Assembly: GCA_011960625.1 (NCBI GenBank)
Contig: BLMJ01000224.1
Span: 97,523-161,522 of the forward strand
DNA from: Lachnospiraceae bacterium
Lineage (GTDB): Bacteria > Bacillota > Clostridia > Lachnospirales > Lachnospiraceae
Reading direction: 5' to 3'
DNA: 64,000 nt
This document shows, one piece after another, positions 1 to 9,360 of this stretch. The notes below the pieces were generated by a model, which saw nothing but the letters and a program-made list of their open reading frames with translations, was not told the DNA's origin and ran no database searches. The translations under genes and the position numbers were made by a program. The first letter of the stretch is position 1, and each line of letters starts with the position of its first letter.

Positions 1-57
1 GATCATGACGGCAAAAAATATAACCAGCATAATCAGACACAATACTTCTTTTGACAT
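1..57 (-). CDS. N-terminal fragment of a membrane protein, probably a sodium:solute symporter (runs off the left edge)
   Basis: ATG at 57 with GGAGG RBS at 67-71. Translates MSKEVLCLIMLVIFFAVMI, a hydrophobic first helix resembling clostridial SSS-family N-termini. Only 19 codons are visible. Confidence 0.45.
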   Translation of the reverse strand, partial: MSKEVLCLIMLVIFFAVMI

Positions 58-149
58 CTTCCATTTCCTCCAAGTCATATGTCTAAACTCCACTTTAAAG
101 CGTCAAACTTTAAACCGTTACGCTTTAAAGTACTAAATTATTCCTGAAT

Positions 150-178
150 ATATTAGCACACAAGGCAGCATATGTCAA
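150..178 (-). promoter_or_regulatory. sigma-A-type promoter for the left-edge gene
   Basis: Minus strand TTGACA (178-173), 17-bp spacer, TGc-TAATAT (155-150). Confidence 0.6.
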
Positions 179-242
179 CCTGTTTCTCAGGCTTCCTATA
201 AACTTTTCTCAGGCTCCTATTACGATTCACTTAGGAAGAAAC

Positions 243-284
243 AAAAAAGAAACCCTTAGAATAACGCTTCTAGAGTTTCTTTTT
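243..284 (-). terminator. Rho-independent terminator after the glucosaminidase gene
   Basis: Imperfect inverted repeat AAAAAGAAAC..TAGAA / TTCTA..GTTTCTTTTT with A/T tails, just past the stop at 291. Confidence 0.65.
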
Positions 285-290
285 ATCATA

Positions 291-2618
291 CTATTTTATT
301 CGCCTTTTACTTCTTACCAGACTTTTCTTACTGTACAAATGTATAGAAAGCATTCCCAACAGTGAAACTGCAAGCAGCGCTCCCCAAAGCATTGCCTCGC
401 TTTCGTCCCCTGTCACAGGAGCCCTGCGTACGCTGCTGCTTTCTGTCGGTTTCTGTTCTGTCTTTGGAGAAGAAGCAGGTGTGGGGGGTGTCTCTTTTGG
501 CGTCCCCTCTGATGCCACATTCTCTACAGAATCGGAAGCCAGCGTCAGATTTGAATCGCCGGCTGCACTAGGTACAGGCTGCGGCTCTGTGTTGACTTTG
601 GGCGCCGGCTCTGGCGTGTTACCTGTTCCCGCCCCCTGTATTGACTCTGACGCCTCTGCCTGTTCTTCACCTGGCTCTGGGGTCGGCTCTGCATCCGGTG
701 TATTGCCTGTGTCCACTCCCTGTATTGGCTCCGGCTCTGGGGTCTGTACTTCATCTGGCGTCGGTTCTGACGTCGGCCCTTCCTCTGGTGTTGGGGTTGG
801 AGTCGGCGTCGGCTCTGGCGTTGTTCCTTCATCCGGTGTTGGGGTCGGCTCTGGCGTTGTTCCTTCATCCGGCTTTGCTGCCGAATCAGACACGGTAATC
901 GCCTGCTCTGCCGACATGGCAGTTCCTTCATATGTATAGGAAACCACAATACTTCCCGTTCCTGCCGTAAGAGGCTCCTGGCTGTAGGTTATGGATGCCG
1001 TTACATCCTCCGAAGAACCATCGCTATAGTCTGCCGTCACAACCATTCCTGCAGGCTCAAATACTTCGCCTGCTGTGTACGCTGTCTTTGCTGGCGCCTG
1101 ACTGATAGTCACTGACTTAAGCTCCTTCTTTGCCGCGACAGTATTGCCTTGGCTGACAACCGCCGCATAATCTGAGTGTATGTAAGCAAACATCTGCTCA
1201 AACTGGTACTCTCCCGTCCCAGTGTTAATTCCTGACCTGTCGCCCGTTAACACGGCGTCACTCTGTATCCTGTAATAACCGTTCTCTGCCGCCGTATCCT
1301 GTATCAATACGGCATAGTTAGACGGTGTCCCCGTCTTATACAGACTAACCGAAGACTGACTGCTTCCATTGCGTACATTCACACTGGTATGGCCTGTGGC
1401 AAGAGTATCCTTGATACCTATGGTATAGGCATACGCATCCTGGCTTCCTCCGTTCTGATCTAAAAGCCAGATGATATTCGCCGCTTTCTCACCCCAGTAT
1501 GGGTCGGAAGCATATTTTACATTGACTCCGCTTGCCTTATTCCCAAGGAAGCCTCCGCGATACGTCCACCCCTTTGGATTCAGATACTTTCTGGACATCC
1601 AACCGTCCGCAAACTGGCGGATACATTCCTCCACGCTGGCATAGGTGTTGGCGCTGGTTCCAGGGGAAGAATCCACAGCATTTAACCCGAACAGGTTATT
1701 CTTATTCTGACAAATAGAGCTTGTCCCCCATGCGCTCTCATTTGCCGCAATTCCTGTCATGATAAGCGCATTGACCCCATAAGTATTCTGACTGTTGGTG
1801 AAATAATCTCCCGTATTATTTAACTTGGATGTACCATCCGTCTTTTGGCCAAGCAATTGATTCAGTTTAGCCCCGTCATAGGAGGTCTTACTTCTAAACG
1901 GCAGATATTGGTAATAATTATAATATGGATCCCCTGGATTCACAGAACAAGCCCGTGTCTCCTTCTGGTAATCCTCTAGCATCGTACCATAGTCTGTGTA
2001 GAAATAATGGCCGTCATAACTATAGTATTCTACCCCTGCCTGCAGGTATGACGGCGCACTTCCGTTATCCAGAGAAGTCGCATGCTTCGCCGCCGTCATA
2101 TCCTGAGTGATATAATGGCGCAGCCTTCCGCCTTCTACTGCATAATAGCTGATAGACTGGGCATTCGAAAAATCTACTACCTGTACTTCCTTCGCCTCTA
2201 CTTCCCCCACAACTCCTGACAGCATAAAGCGAACCTTACTGCCATTCGTCCCAAGATAAGCGGCGTCCGCACCGAAGGCTCCGTTGGTATAGCCTGCCTG
2301 TCCTGTATAATATTCTGTGTAATTGGTAACAGCATTACCTTTTGTCCGAAAATTGACCACTTTCACGGATATCCCCCGAGAATATGGCTCAATTCCTTCA
2401 TCTGCTAACTCTCCGCCCTCCTCGTCCACTTCAAAAATATTACCTTTTTCATCCATTGCGGTAACTTCCTGTAGACGCTGAGGGTTCTCATCCTCTAATC
2501 CTGATCCTGCAGATGTCTGCTCCCCTGACATATCCTCTGCATTACTCACGATGCCCGGCAATGTCATGCCAAAACATACGAGAAGTGTAAGTACCAGGAA
2601 TCTCCTTATTCTTTGCAA
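291..2618 (-). CDS. Cell-wall-anchored glucosaminidase (GH73-like) with Ig-like domain, Pro/Thr-rich stalk and sortase signal
   Basis: Signal peptide after a TTG start at 2618 (RBS GGAGGAG 2624-2630). Glucosaminidase motifs 'GIAANESAWG..KNNLFG' and 'YASDPYWGEK'; Ig-like 'PAKTAYTAGEVFEPAGMVVTADYSDG'; PTPEP repeats; APVTG + TM helix + basic tail. Confidence 0.85.
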   Translation of the reverse strand: MQRIRRFLVLTLLVCFGMTLPGIVSNAEDMSGEQTSAGSGLEDENPQRLQEVTAMDEKGNIFEVDEEGGELADEGIEPYSRGISVKVVNFRTKGNAVTNYTEYYTGQAGYTNGAFGADAAYLGTNGSKVRFMLSGVVGEVEAKEVQVVDFSNAQSISYYAVEGGRLRHYITQDMTAAKHATSLDNGSAPSYLQAGVEYYSYDGHYFYTDYGTMLEDYQKETRACSVNPGDPYYNYYQYLPFRSKTSYDGAKLNQLLGQKTDGTSKLNNTGDYFTNSQNTYGVNALIMTGIAANESAWGTSSICQNKNNLFGLNAVDSSPGTSANTYASVEECIRQFADGWMSRKYLNPKGWTYRGGFLGNKASGVNVKYASDPYWGEKAANIIWLLDQNGGSQDAYAYTIGIKDTLATGHTSVNVRNGSSQSSVSLYKTGTPSNYAVLIQDTAAENGYYRIQSDAVLTGDRSGINTGTGEYQFEQMFAYIHSDYAAVVSQGNTVAAKKELKSVTISQAPAKTAYTAGEVFEPAGMVVTADYSDGSSEDVTASITYSQEPLTAGTGSIVVSYTYEGTAMSAEQAITVSDSAAKPDEGTTPEPTPTPDEGTTPEPTPTPTPTPEEGPTSEPTPDEVQTPEPEPIQGVDTGNTPDAEPTPEPGEEQAEASESIQGAGTGNTPEPAPKVNTEPQPVPSAAGDSNLTLASDSVENVASEGTPKETPPTPASSPKTEQKPTESSSVRRAPVTGDESEAMLWGALLAVSLLGMLSIHLYSKKSLVRSKRRIK
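808..872. repeat. Coding tandem repeat (36-bp period) in the Pro/Thr stalk
   Basis: GTCGGCTCTGGCGTTGTTCCTTCATCCGG occurs exactly at 808-836 and 844-872 and encodes PDEGTTPEPT units. Confidence 0.9.
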
Positions 2619-2673
2619 TTCTACTCCTCCTTTGCCCCTTATTAATTGAAATGTGTCTACTGGTACGTTCTTA

Positions 2674-2702
2674 ATTTTAACACCAACTGGTAATTTTTTC
2701 AA
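2674..2702 (-). promoter_or_regulatory. sigma-A-type promoter of the glucosaminidase gene
   Basis: TTGAAA (2702-2697), 17 bp, TGt-TAAAAT (2679-2674). Confidence 0.6.
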
Positions 2703-2731
2703 TATATTAAGAAATTGTTAAGAGTTATTAA

Positions 2732-3208
2732 CTATTTCATCTTTTCTACACGTTCCTGAACGGTCTTATTAAAATTCTGTACCTTTCGGTCATAGGTCCC
2801 TTCCATATACTTAGAATGTAACATGAAGTCCGCCGTTGCCAGATTATTGGCAATAGGGATGTCATACACAACCGCAATACGAAGCAACGCCTTCACATCC
2901 GGGTCATGGGGCTGTGCCTCTAACGGATCCCACAAGAAAATCATGAAATCAATCTGTCCCTCAACAATCTTCGCTCCAATCTGCTGGTCCCCGCCTAACG
3001 GCCCGCTGTTGTATCCTTTTACCGGAAGCCCAGTCTTCTCAGCAATCAGCCTTGACGTTGTGCCGGTTCCGCACAGGAAATGCCCCTTTAAGATGTCCTT
3101 ATTTCTGTCACACCACTCCACCAGTTCCTTCTTCTTACCGTCATGAGCCACCAATGCAATATGCTTGGTCTTTCCAATCTCAAACGTTACAAAATTCTCA
3201 CTTGCCAT
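2732..3208 (-). CDS. mgsA: Methylglyoxal synthase
   Basis: Motifs 'IALVAHDGKK', 'GTGTT', 'SGPLGGDQQIG', 'QPHDPDVKALLR'. Start moved to MASENF after an AAGGAG RBS. Confidence 0.95.
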   Translation of the reverse strand: MASENFVTFEIGKTKHIALVAHDGKKKELVEWCDRNKDILKGHFLCGTGTTSRLIAEKTGLPVKGYNSGPLGGDQQIGAKIVEGQIDFMIFLWDPLEAQPHDPDVKALLRIAVVYDIPIANNLATADFMLHSKYMEGTYDRKVQNFNKTVQERVEKMK

Positions 3209-3230
3209 TTCTTTCTCCTTTCTCTTTACA

Positions 3231-4124
3231 CTACTCTTCATCCTCTTCTGCATCATTTGCAGTCTCTTCATAATACTTCATCAACGCCTGAGTCCCAAGG
3301 TCGCCGTATCCCTCTGCCGCCAGCTCCTCGTAATTCGCCAACGCCTGACTCAAAACCTCCAGACACAGACCGCTCATATTCGCTTCCGTAAGGGCAAGCT
3401 TCATGTCCTTGATAAAGTGCTTCATAAAGAAGCCCGGCGCAAAATCCCCTGCCAGAATCTTCGGCCCAAAGGTATCCAGCTGCTTACTGCCTGCCGCACC
3501 GGTAGAAACAGAGTCAAGAAGCACCTGAAGATTAAGTCCCTTCGTCTTTGCGTAAGTCAGAGCCTCACAGACACCTGACAGCGCCCCCGCAATCATAATC
3601 TGATTCGCCAGCTTGGCATGCTGCCCGCATCCTGCCTCTCCCTGATAGTTGATATTGGTTCCCATGGCCTCAAACAGGGGCATACATGCCTCGTAGTCCT
3701 CTTTCTTACCACCAACGAGAATCGACAAGGTTCCAGCCTTAGCCCCCATATCTCCGCCTGTTACAGGTGCGTCCAGCACATGGTAACCTTTCTGGCTTCC
3801 TACTTCCCAAATCTTTTTGGCAAGCATGGGGCTTGTGGTGGTCATATCAATGAGATAAGCCCCTGCCATCCCGCTTTCCAGTATATTCCCTGTATCAAAA
3901 TAGACCTCCTCCACGTCCTGCGGAAAGCCAACGATCGTAATTACAGCTTCACATCCGTCGACACACTCCTTGATAGACTCATGGAAAATGGCTCCCTCTC
4001 CAATCACATCCTCAACCTTTGCCTTCGTCCTGGCAAAAATATGAAGCTCAAATCCAGCCTTCATCAGATTGCGGACCATAGATTTTCCCATGATCCCCAC
4101 ACCTATAAAACCAATTTTACGCAT
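3231..4124 (-). CDS. NAD(P)-dependent beta-hydroxyacid dehydrogenase (3-hydroxyisobutyrate / tartronate semialdehyde reductase family)
   Basis: 'IGFIGVGIMG' Rossmann motif, 'LDAPVTGG', 'GCGQHAKLANQ', 'HFIKDM'. Start at MRKIG. Confidence 0.9.
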   Translation of the reverse strand: MRKIGFIGVGIMGKSMVRNLMKAGFELHIFARTKAKVEDVIGEGAIFHESIKECVDGCEAVITIVGFPQDVEEVYFDTGNILESGMAGAYLIDMTTTSPMLAKKIWEVGSQKGYHVLDAPVTGGDMGAKAGTLSILVGGKKEDYEACMPLFEAMGTNINYQGEAGCGQHAKLANQIMIAGALSGVCEALTYAKTKGLNLQVLLDSVSTGAAGSKQLDTFGPKILAGDFAPGFFMKHFIKDMKLALTEANMSGLCLEVLSQALANYEELAAEGYGDLGTQALMKYYEETANDAEEDEE

Positions 4125-4170
4125 CCTATTCCTCCTTGTTCTCCCTTCGTTCAACAGCAGGGCCGACTCC

Positions 4171-4839
4171 TTAATTAAGCTTCTCTGCGATCTCACCCTG
4201 CTTCTTATAGATACTCCCTGCCGGGACATATCCTCTTACACTAGATAAGGGATAGATGTTCGTATGGCTTCCAACGACGCTTCCTGGATTCAGAACTGTG
4301 CCGCAGCCTACCTCTACCTCATCCCCAAGCATGGCGCCAAATTTCTTCATGCCCGTCTCAATATTTCCCTTGGGTGTCTTTACCACTACCAGCTTCTTAT
4401 CTGACTTAACATTAGACGTAATAGAGCCTGCGCCCATATGTGCCTTATAGCCAAGAACAGAATCACCGACATAATTATAGTGAGGCACCTGAACCTTGTT
4501 AAACAGAATAACATTCTTAAGCTCCGTAGAATTGCCCACCACGGCTCCCTCGCCAACAATGGCGTTTCCACGAATAAATGCACAATGTCTAACCTGCGCA
4601 TTCTTCCCGATAATCGCGGGGCCATGGATGTATGCGGACTCAAATACCTTGGCTGACTTGGCAATCCATACATCCTCGCCAACCTTGTCATACTCATCCT
4701 CAGAAAGTGTCTCTCCAAGCCGGAGGATAAATTCACTGATTTTAGGAAGAACCTCCCATGGATAAGTCACACCCTCGAAGATATCCTTTGCTATCGTCTC
4801 ATTCAATGTGTACAACTCCTTGACTGTTAATTCCTTCAT
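4171..4839 (-). CDS. Left-handed beta-helix (hexapeptide) acyltransferase, GlmU C-terminal-like
   Basis: Hexapeptide repeats, 'PHYNYVGDSVLG', 'GAGSITSN', 'KKFGAMLGD'. No N-terminal uridyltransferase domain. Confidence 0.8.
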   Translation of the reverse strand: MKELTVKELYTLNETIAKDIFEGVTYPWEVLPKISEFILRLGETLSEDEYDKVGEDVWIAKSAKVFESAYIHGPAIIGKNAQVRHCAFIRGNAIVGEGAVVGNSTELKNVILFNKVQVPHYNYVGDSVLGYKAHMGAGSITSNVKSDKKLVVVKTPKGNIETGMKKFGAMLGDEVEVGCGTVLNPGSVVGSHTNIYPLSSVRGYVPAGSIYKKQGEIAEKLN

Positions 4840-4988
4840 TCTGCCTGTCTCCCTTTCTTTTTTGGTTCCGGGCATAGACTACCTGCCCTGCATACTCTTT
4901 TTTTGAGCATCCTTCTCATATTTTATCACAACTTCCATCCTGCCACATCATTTTTTCCGCATATTTAGAAATTTCTCATGAATCCCAG

Positions 4989-7037
4989 TTATCCTTTCTT
5001 CTCCTTCCCTGGTTTCCGGTAGGCCTCTGCCGCCTTATCATAGCACTCCCGAAGCTGGCTCTGATTATATAAGCCTTTCACTCCTTCTGTCCTGCTTACG
5101 ATAAAATGGTTCAGCTTCTCCATATATTCATCCGACGTAATCTCTCCGTCAGCAACATAGTTAAGCCCCTTCTCCCAACTGGCCGTCAACTCTGGGTTGA
5201 GCAGCGACTTAATCGAATGTTCCACCACATCGAAAATCATCTCCCCTAACAGAGTCGGCGTCACAATCTGAGTCTTCTTATTCAGCGCCAGATACTCGAT
5301 GTGAAACAGCTTCTTTAGGATTTCCCCTCTGGTGGCGCTGGTTCCAATCCCACTGCCCTTAATCTGTGCCCTCAGCTCTTCATCCTCAATCAACTGTCCG
5401 GCATTCTCCATGGCAAGAATCATAGATCCGGAATTATACCGCTTAGGGGGAGAGGTCTTACCCTCCTTAATCTCAAGAGACTGTACGGGAAGCTTCATTC
5501 CTTTTTTCAGCGCCTGCAACTTCTGAAAAAACGCCGCATCCGTACGGCCTTGTGTTCCTTCGTTCTCACCGCCGTCTTCCGGATTATTTCCCCCTTCTTT
5601 AATGGTTTCCTTCTTCTGCTCTAAAGCTTTTGCCACCTTCAAGTACCCTTCCTCCACAAGGACCTTAAAACTGGCAAAAAAAGACTCCTGCCGTATCTTT
5701 GTGACGATCTGAATTTTCTGGTACACTGCCGGCGGATAAAAAATACTCAAAAACCGCCTAACAATCACATCATACACCTTCCCCGACAGTTCCGGCAGAG
5801 AGCTTAGCACATTCAAGCCCTGCCCTGTAGGAATGATTGCATAATGGTCCGTAATCTGTTTGTCGTTGACATACCGGGTCTTTTCAAGCCCCTTATGGCT
5901 TCCAAAACCCACGATATCCTTAAGAAACGGCACTGCCGGCTCATATTTCATTAAACCATTCAGATTCTTATTTATCTCTTTAGCCACAGCAGCAGACAAC
6001 ACTCTGGCGTCCGTCCTTGGATAGGTCACAAGCTTCTTCTCGTACATCTCCTGTACCATACGAAGAGTCTCGTCTGGGCTTATCTTAAACCGCTTAGAAC
6101 ACTCATTCTGCAGTTCCGCAAGATTAAACAAAAGAGGGGGATTCTTCTTCTCCTTCTTCTTTTCAATCGAGACAATCTGACAGCTAAGCGGCTGCTCCTC
6201 GCTTAGATAAGCGACCAATTCCTCCGCTTTCTTACGCTCCTTGAACCCATTCTCTTTATATAGGTCAAAGGCTTCAAACCACCGAGAGCCTTTGACCGCG
6301 CGCCACTCTCCCTCGAAAGTCTCGTTAGGCTCCCCGTTTACGCTGACCACCCGATAAAACGGCGTCTCCACAAATTCCCGGATTTCCCGCTCCCGCCGAA
6401 CCACCATCCCAAGCACACAGGTCATCACCCTGCCCACTGAAACCACAGAACGGTCCGTTTTCAGATAGTTGGCAATGCTGTTCCCATATTTTAACGTCAA
6501 AAGCCGGGAAAAATTAATCCCCATCAGATAATCTTCCTTCGCCCTGAGATATGCCGACGCCGACAGATTATCGTATTCTTTCAAATCCTTTGCCTCTCGG
6601 ATTCCCCGCAGGATTTCATCCTCCGTCTGGGAATCAATCCACACCCTGCGGCGTTCCTTTCCCTTTACCTTTGCCTGCTGCTCAACCAGCCGATAGATAT
6701 ATTCCCCCTCCCGCCCGGAGTCCGTACACACATAGATCCGTTCCACATCCTTTCGATTCAGAAGACCCGAAACAATCTTAAACTGCCTGGCCACAGCCGG
6801 AATCACCTCATACTTGAACTCTCTCGGTATAAAAGGCAGAGTCTCAAGACTCCACCTTTTAAGGCTTTGGTCGTACACCTCCGGATAACTCATGGTCACC
6901 AGATGCCCCACACACCAGGTAACCACCGCCTCCTCTGATTCCAGGTAGCCGTCCCCTCTTCTCGCATTCATCTTCAGCGCCTTTGCAAATTCCTGCGCCA
7001 CGCTTGGCTTCTCCGCAATATAAAGTGATTTCCCCAT
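4989..7037 (-). CDS. topB: Type IA DNA topoisomerase (topoisomerase III-like)
   Basis: TOPRIM 'IAEKPSVA', 'TDSGREGE', 'SVGRV', catalytic 'TYPRTD', 'DHYAIIPT', 'GIGTSATR'. Confidence 0.9.
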   Translation of the reverse strand: MGKSLYIAEKPSVAQEFAKALKMNARRGDGYLESEEAVVTWCVGHLVTMSYPEVYDQSLKRWSLETLPFIPREFKYEVIPAVARQFKIVSGLLNRKDVERIYVCTDSGREGEYIYRLVEQQAKVKGKERRRVWIDSQTEDEILRGIREAKDLKEYDNLSASAYLRAKEDYLMGINFSRLLTLKYGNSIANYLKTDRSVVSVGRVMTCVLGMVVRREREIREFVETPFYRVVSVNGEPNETFEGEWRAVKGSRWFEAFDLYKENGFKERKKAEELVAYLSEEQPLSCQIVSIEKKKEKKNPPLLFNLAELQNECSKRFKISPDETLRMVQEMYEKKLVTYPRTDARVLSAAVAKEINKNLNGLMKYEPAVPFLKDIVGFGSHKGLEKTRYVNDKQITDHYAIIPTGQGLNVLSSLPELSGKVYDVIVRRFLSIFYPPAVYQKIQIVTKIRQESFFASFKVLVEEGYLKVAKALEQKKETIKEGGNNPEDGGENEGTQGRTDAAFFQKLQALKKGMKLPVQSLEIKEGKTSPPKRYNSGSMILAMENAGQLIEDEELRAQIKGSGIGTSATRGEILKKLFHIEYLALNKKTQIVTPTLLGEMIFDVVEHSIKSLLNPELTASWEKGLNYVADGEITSDEYMEKLNHFIVSRTEGVKGLYNQSQLRECYDKAAEAYRKPGKEKKG

Positions 7038-7097
7038 ATTAATAATATTTCTCCTCAAAATATTTCTTCATAACTTCACAGAACTTTTCTGTCATCC

Positions 7098-9221
7098 TTA
7101 CTTTCTTATATTCTCCATAAGTTCCTTAATCCACTCACGAATATTCCTTTCCTCCTTAGGAGTCTCCCTCTTAGCGTGAATCGCTTCCTCCATAAAGGCC
7201 GCCTGTGAGTCCACTGGCTGCTCTGCCGCCTTTTTCTTCACATAGGAGCCGTCGCTTAGCATCACCCTTGCCTTCACATTGTCGCTTAACATGACTTTCA
7301 GATAATGATTAATCTGACGGCGGATGCTGTCGTCCAGAATCGGACACGCAACCTCTACTCGTTTTTCTGTATTCCTAGTCATCATGTCCGCTGAACCGAT
7401 ATAAACCTTCTGCTGTGCGCCTATACCGAAGCTGAAGATACGGGCATGCTCTAAATACCTTCCCACAATACTCATTACCCGGACATTCTCCGTGTATCCA
7501 GGTACTCCCGGAAGGATGCAGCAGATTCCCCGCACAATCAAATCCACCCGCACTCCTGCCTTGGAAGCCTCGCAGACCTTGCTGATATAGTCCACATCCG
7601 TCAGCGAATTCATTTTCATAATCACACGGCCGCCGCTCCCTTTCTTGATCTCCTCATCCATCAGATAAAGCACCTTCCGTTTCAGACTTGTAGGCGCCAC
7701 AATTAAATGCTCATAGGTCCCGTCCAGATTCCCAATGGACATATTCTTAAAGAACTCCGCCGCATCCTTTCCAATCGCCGGATTCGCAGTCATCAGCGAC
7801 AGATCTGTGTACATTGCCGCCGTCTTCTCATTGTAATTGCCGGTCCCAATCTGGGTAAGATACTGAATCTCATTGCGGCTTCTGTAGGTAATCAGGCAGA
7901 TTTTCGAATGAACCTTGTATGACTCAAACCCGTAGATTACACGGCACCCTGCCTCCTCCAAACGCTCGGACCAGTCAATATTGTTCTGCTCGTCGAATCT
8001 GGCCCGAAGCTCGATCAGAACCGTCACATCCTTCCCATTCTCCGCTGCCGCACACAGATACTCCACCAGCCTCGCCTTCTTCGCAAGACGATAAATCGTA
8101 ATCTTGATGGTCATCACGTTCGGGTCCACCGAAGCCTCCTTGATCATCTTAAGAAAAGGATTCATACTCTCATAGGGATAGTACAGCAGGATATCCCTCC
8201 TCTTGACTTGGCGCATCACACTGCCCTCCAGCACATGGGCTGAATTTTGCGGTGTAAAAGGATGATAGATCAGGGAACGCTTCATAGACTCCGGCAGTTT
8301 GTCGCTAATAGTAAATATAAACGCAAGCTTCATGGGAATCTTCGTGCGGAAAATCTGGTGCGGCTCGATATTGAATTTCTCGCAGAAATAGCCTTCTGTA
8401 TCCGGCTTCATCTTCTCTGCAGCCTCAAGCCTAACCACAGCCATCCGCCGTCTCTTATGTAACGTCTCCTTCATCAGATAGCGGAAATCATCACTGACAT
8501 CCAACGCCTCGTCATCCGGCGCAATATCTGCATTCCTTGTCACACAAATGTAATTGGCGTCTGATACCTCGTATTTTGAAAATACAAGATCCAGATGCTC
8601 TAAGATTACCTTCTCCATGCGAATGTAACGGATATCATGACCTGGAAGATACAGCACGTCTGACACGAACTGGGGAATCGGCACAAGTCCCATCATAGAT
8701 TTGGAATTTTGCTTCTCCTTGAACTTTAAATTCGCCGTCACATAGACCTCTTTGTTGAGCAAATGTGGAAACGGGTGGTTAGCGTCTACAATCTGGGGAG
8801 AGAGAACAGGTAGAATCTGGTCTTTGAAATATTTCTTCACATACTTCTTCTCATTCTGTTCCAACTCCTTAAAATTAAGCCCACAGATTCCGTAAGGACT
8901 AAGCTGCTTCTTAATCTCCGCATATGCCTTATCCCGTTCCTTATAAAGCGGCGCGACAGCCTCAAAAATCTTGTCTAACTGCTCCTTTGCAGTCAAGCCT
9001 GAACGGCTATCCTGTCTATTCGCATCCGTGTGCGCCATATCAAACAGACTTCCGACACGGATCATAAAAAATTCATCCAGATTACTGCTAAAAATCGCAA
9101 CAAACTTCATACGCTCTAAGAGAGGAACGCTGGAATCCTGCGCTTCCTCAAGCACTCTTTTGTTGAATTTCAGCCACGATAATTCTCTGTTCTGGGTATA
9201 GTTTAGTATCTCTTTATCCAT
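7098..9221 (-). CDS. ppk1: Polyphosphate kinase 1
   Basis: 'NRELSWLKFN', 'NLDEFFMIRV', 'ELRARFDEQNN', 'KVHSK', 'GSADMMTRN'. Confidence 0.96.
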   Translation of the reverse strand: MDKEILNYTQNRELSWLKFNKRVLEEAQDSSVPLLERMKFVAIFSSNLDEFFMIRVGSLFDMAHTDANRQDSRSGLTAKEQLDKIFEAVAPLYKERDKAYAEIKKQLSPYGICGLNFKELEQNEKKYVKKYFKDQILPVLSPQIVDANHPFPHLLNKEVYVTANLKFKEKQNSKSMMGLVPIPQFVSDVLYLPGHDIRYIRMEKVILEHLDLVFSKYEVSDANYICVTRNADIAPDDEALDVSDDFRYLMKETLHKRRRMAVVRLEAAEKMKPDTEGYFCEKFNIEPHQIFRTKIPMKLAFIFTISDKLPESMKRSLIYHPFTPQNSAHVLEGSVMRQVKRRDILLYYPYESMNPFLKMIKEASVDPNVMTIKITIYRLAKKARLVEYLCAAAENGKDVTVLIELRARFDEQNNIDWSERLEEAGCRVIYGFESYKVHSKICLITYRSRNEIQYLTQIGTGNYNEKTAAMYTDLSLMTANPAIGKDAAEFFKNMSIGNLDGTYEHLIVAPTSLKRKVLYLMDEEIKKGSGGRVIMKMNSLTDVDYISKVCEASKAGVRVDLIVRGICCILPGVPGYTENVRVMSIVGRYLEHARIFSFGIGAQQKVYIGSADMMTRNTEKRVEVACPILDDSIRRQINHYLKVMLSDNVKARVMLSDGSYVKKKAAEQPVDSQAAFMEEAIHAKRETPKEERNIREWIKELMENIRK

Positions 9222-9360
9222 ATCTGCTACCTCACGTTCTTTGCTTTCGTATGTTTATTTTACCACCTGATTAAAAGAAAAGAAAGAAAGAATTTGCTCG
9301 CTAATCATAAAAAGACAGCTAGGAAATGCGATATCCTGGCTGCCTCTCTCTTAACATGAT

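Noticed and set aside
780-875. Repeats that might be a CRISPR array
   Set aside because: In-frame coding repeats without unique spacers; no cas genes in the window.
362-949. Several overlapping ORFs (e.g. 481-939 +, 545-949 -) with repetitive translations
   Set aside because: Shadow frames of the Pro/Thr repeat region of the glucosaminidase gene; no RBS or independent motifs.
2619-2702. Long N-terminal extensions in the ORF track (also mgsA, 4229, 25734, 36218, 45253, 51594)
   Set aside because: Better RBS-supported downstream starts match the family N-termini; the extensions overlap promoters or neighbouring genes.
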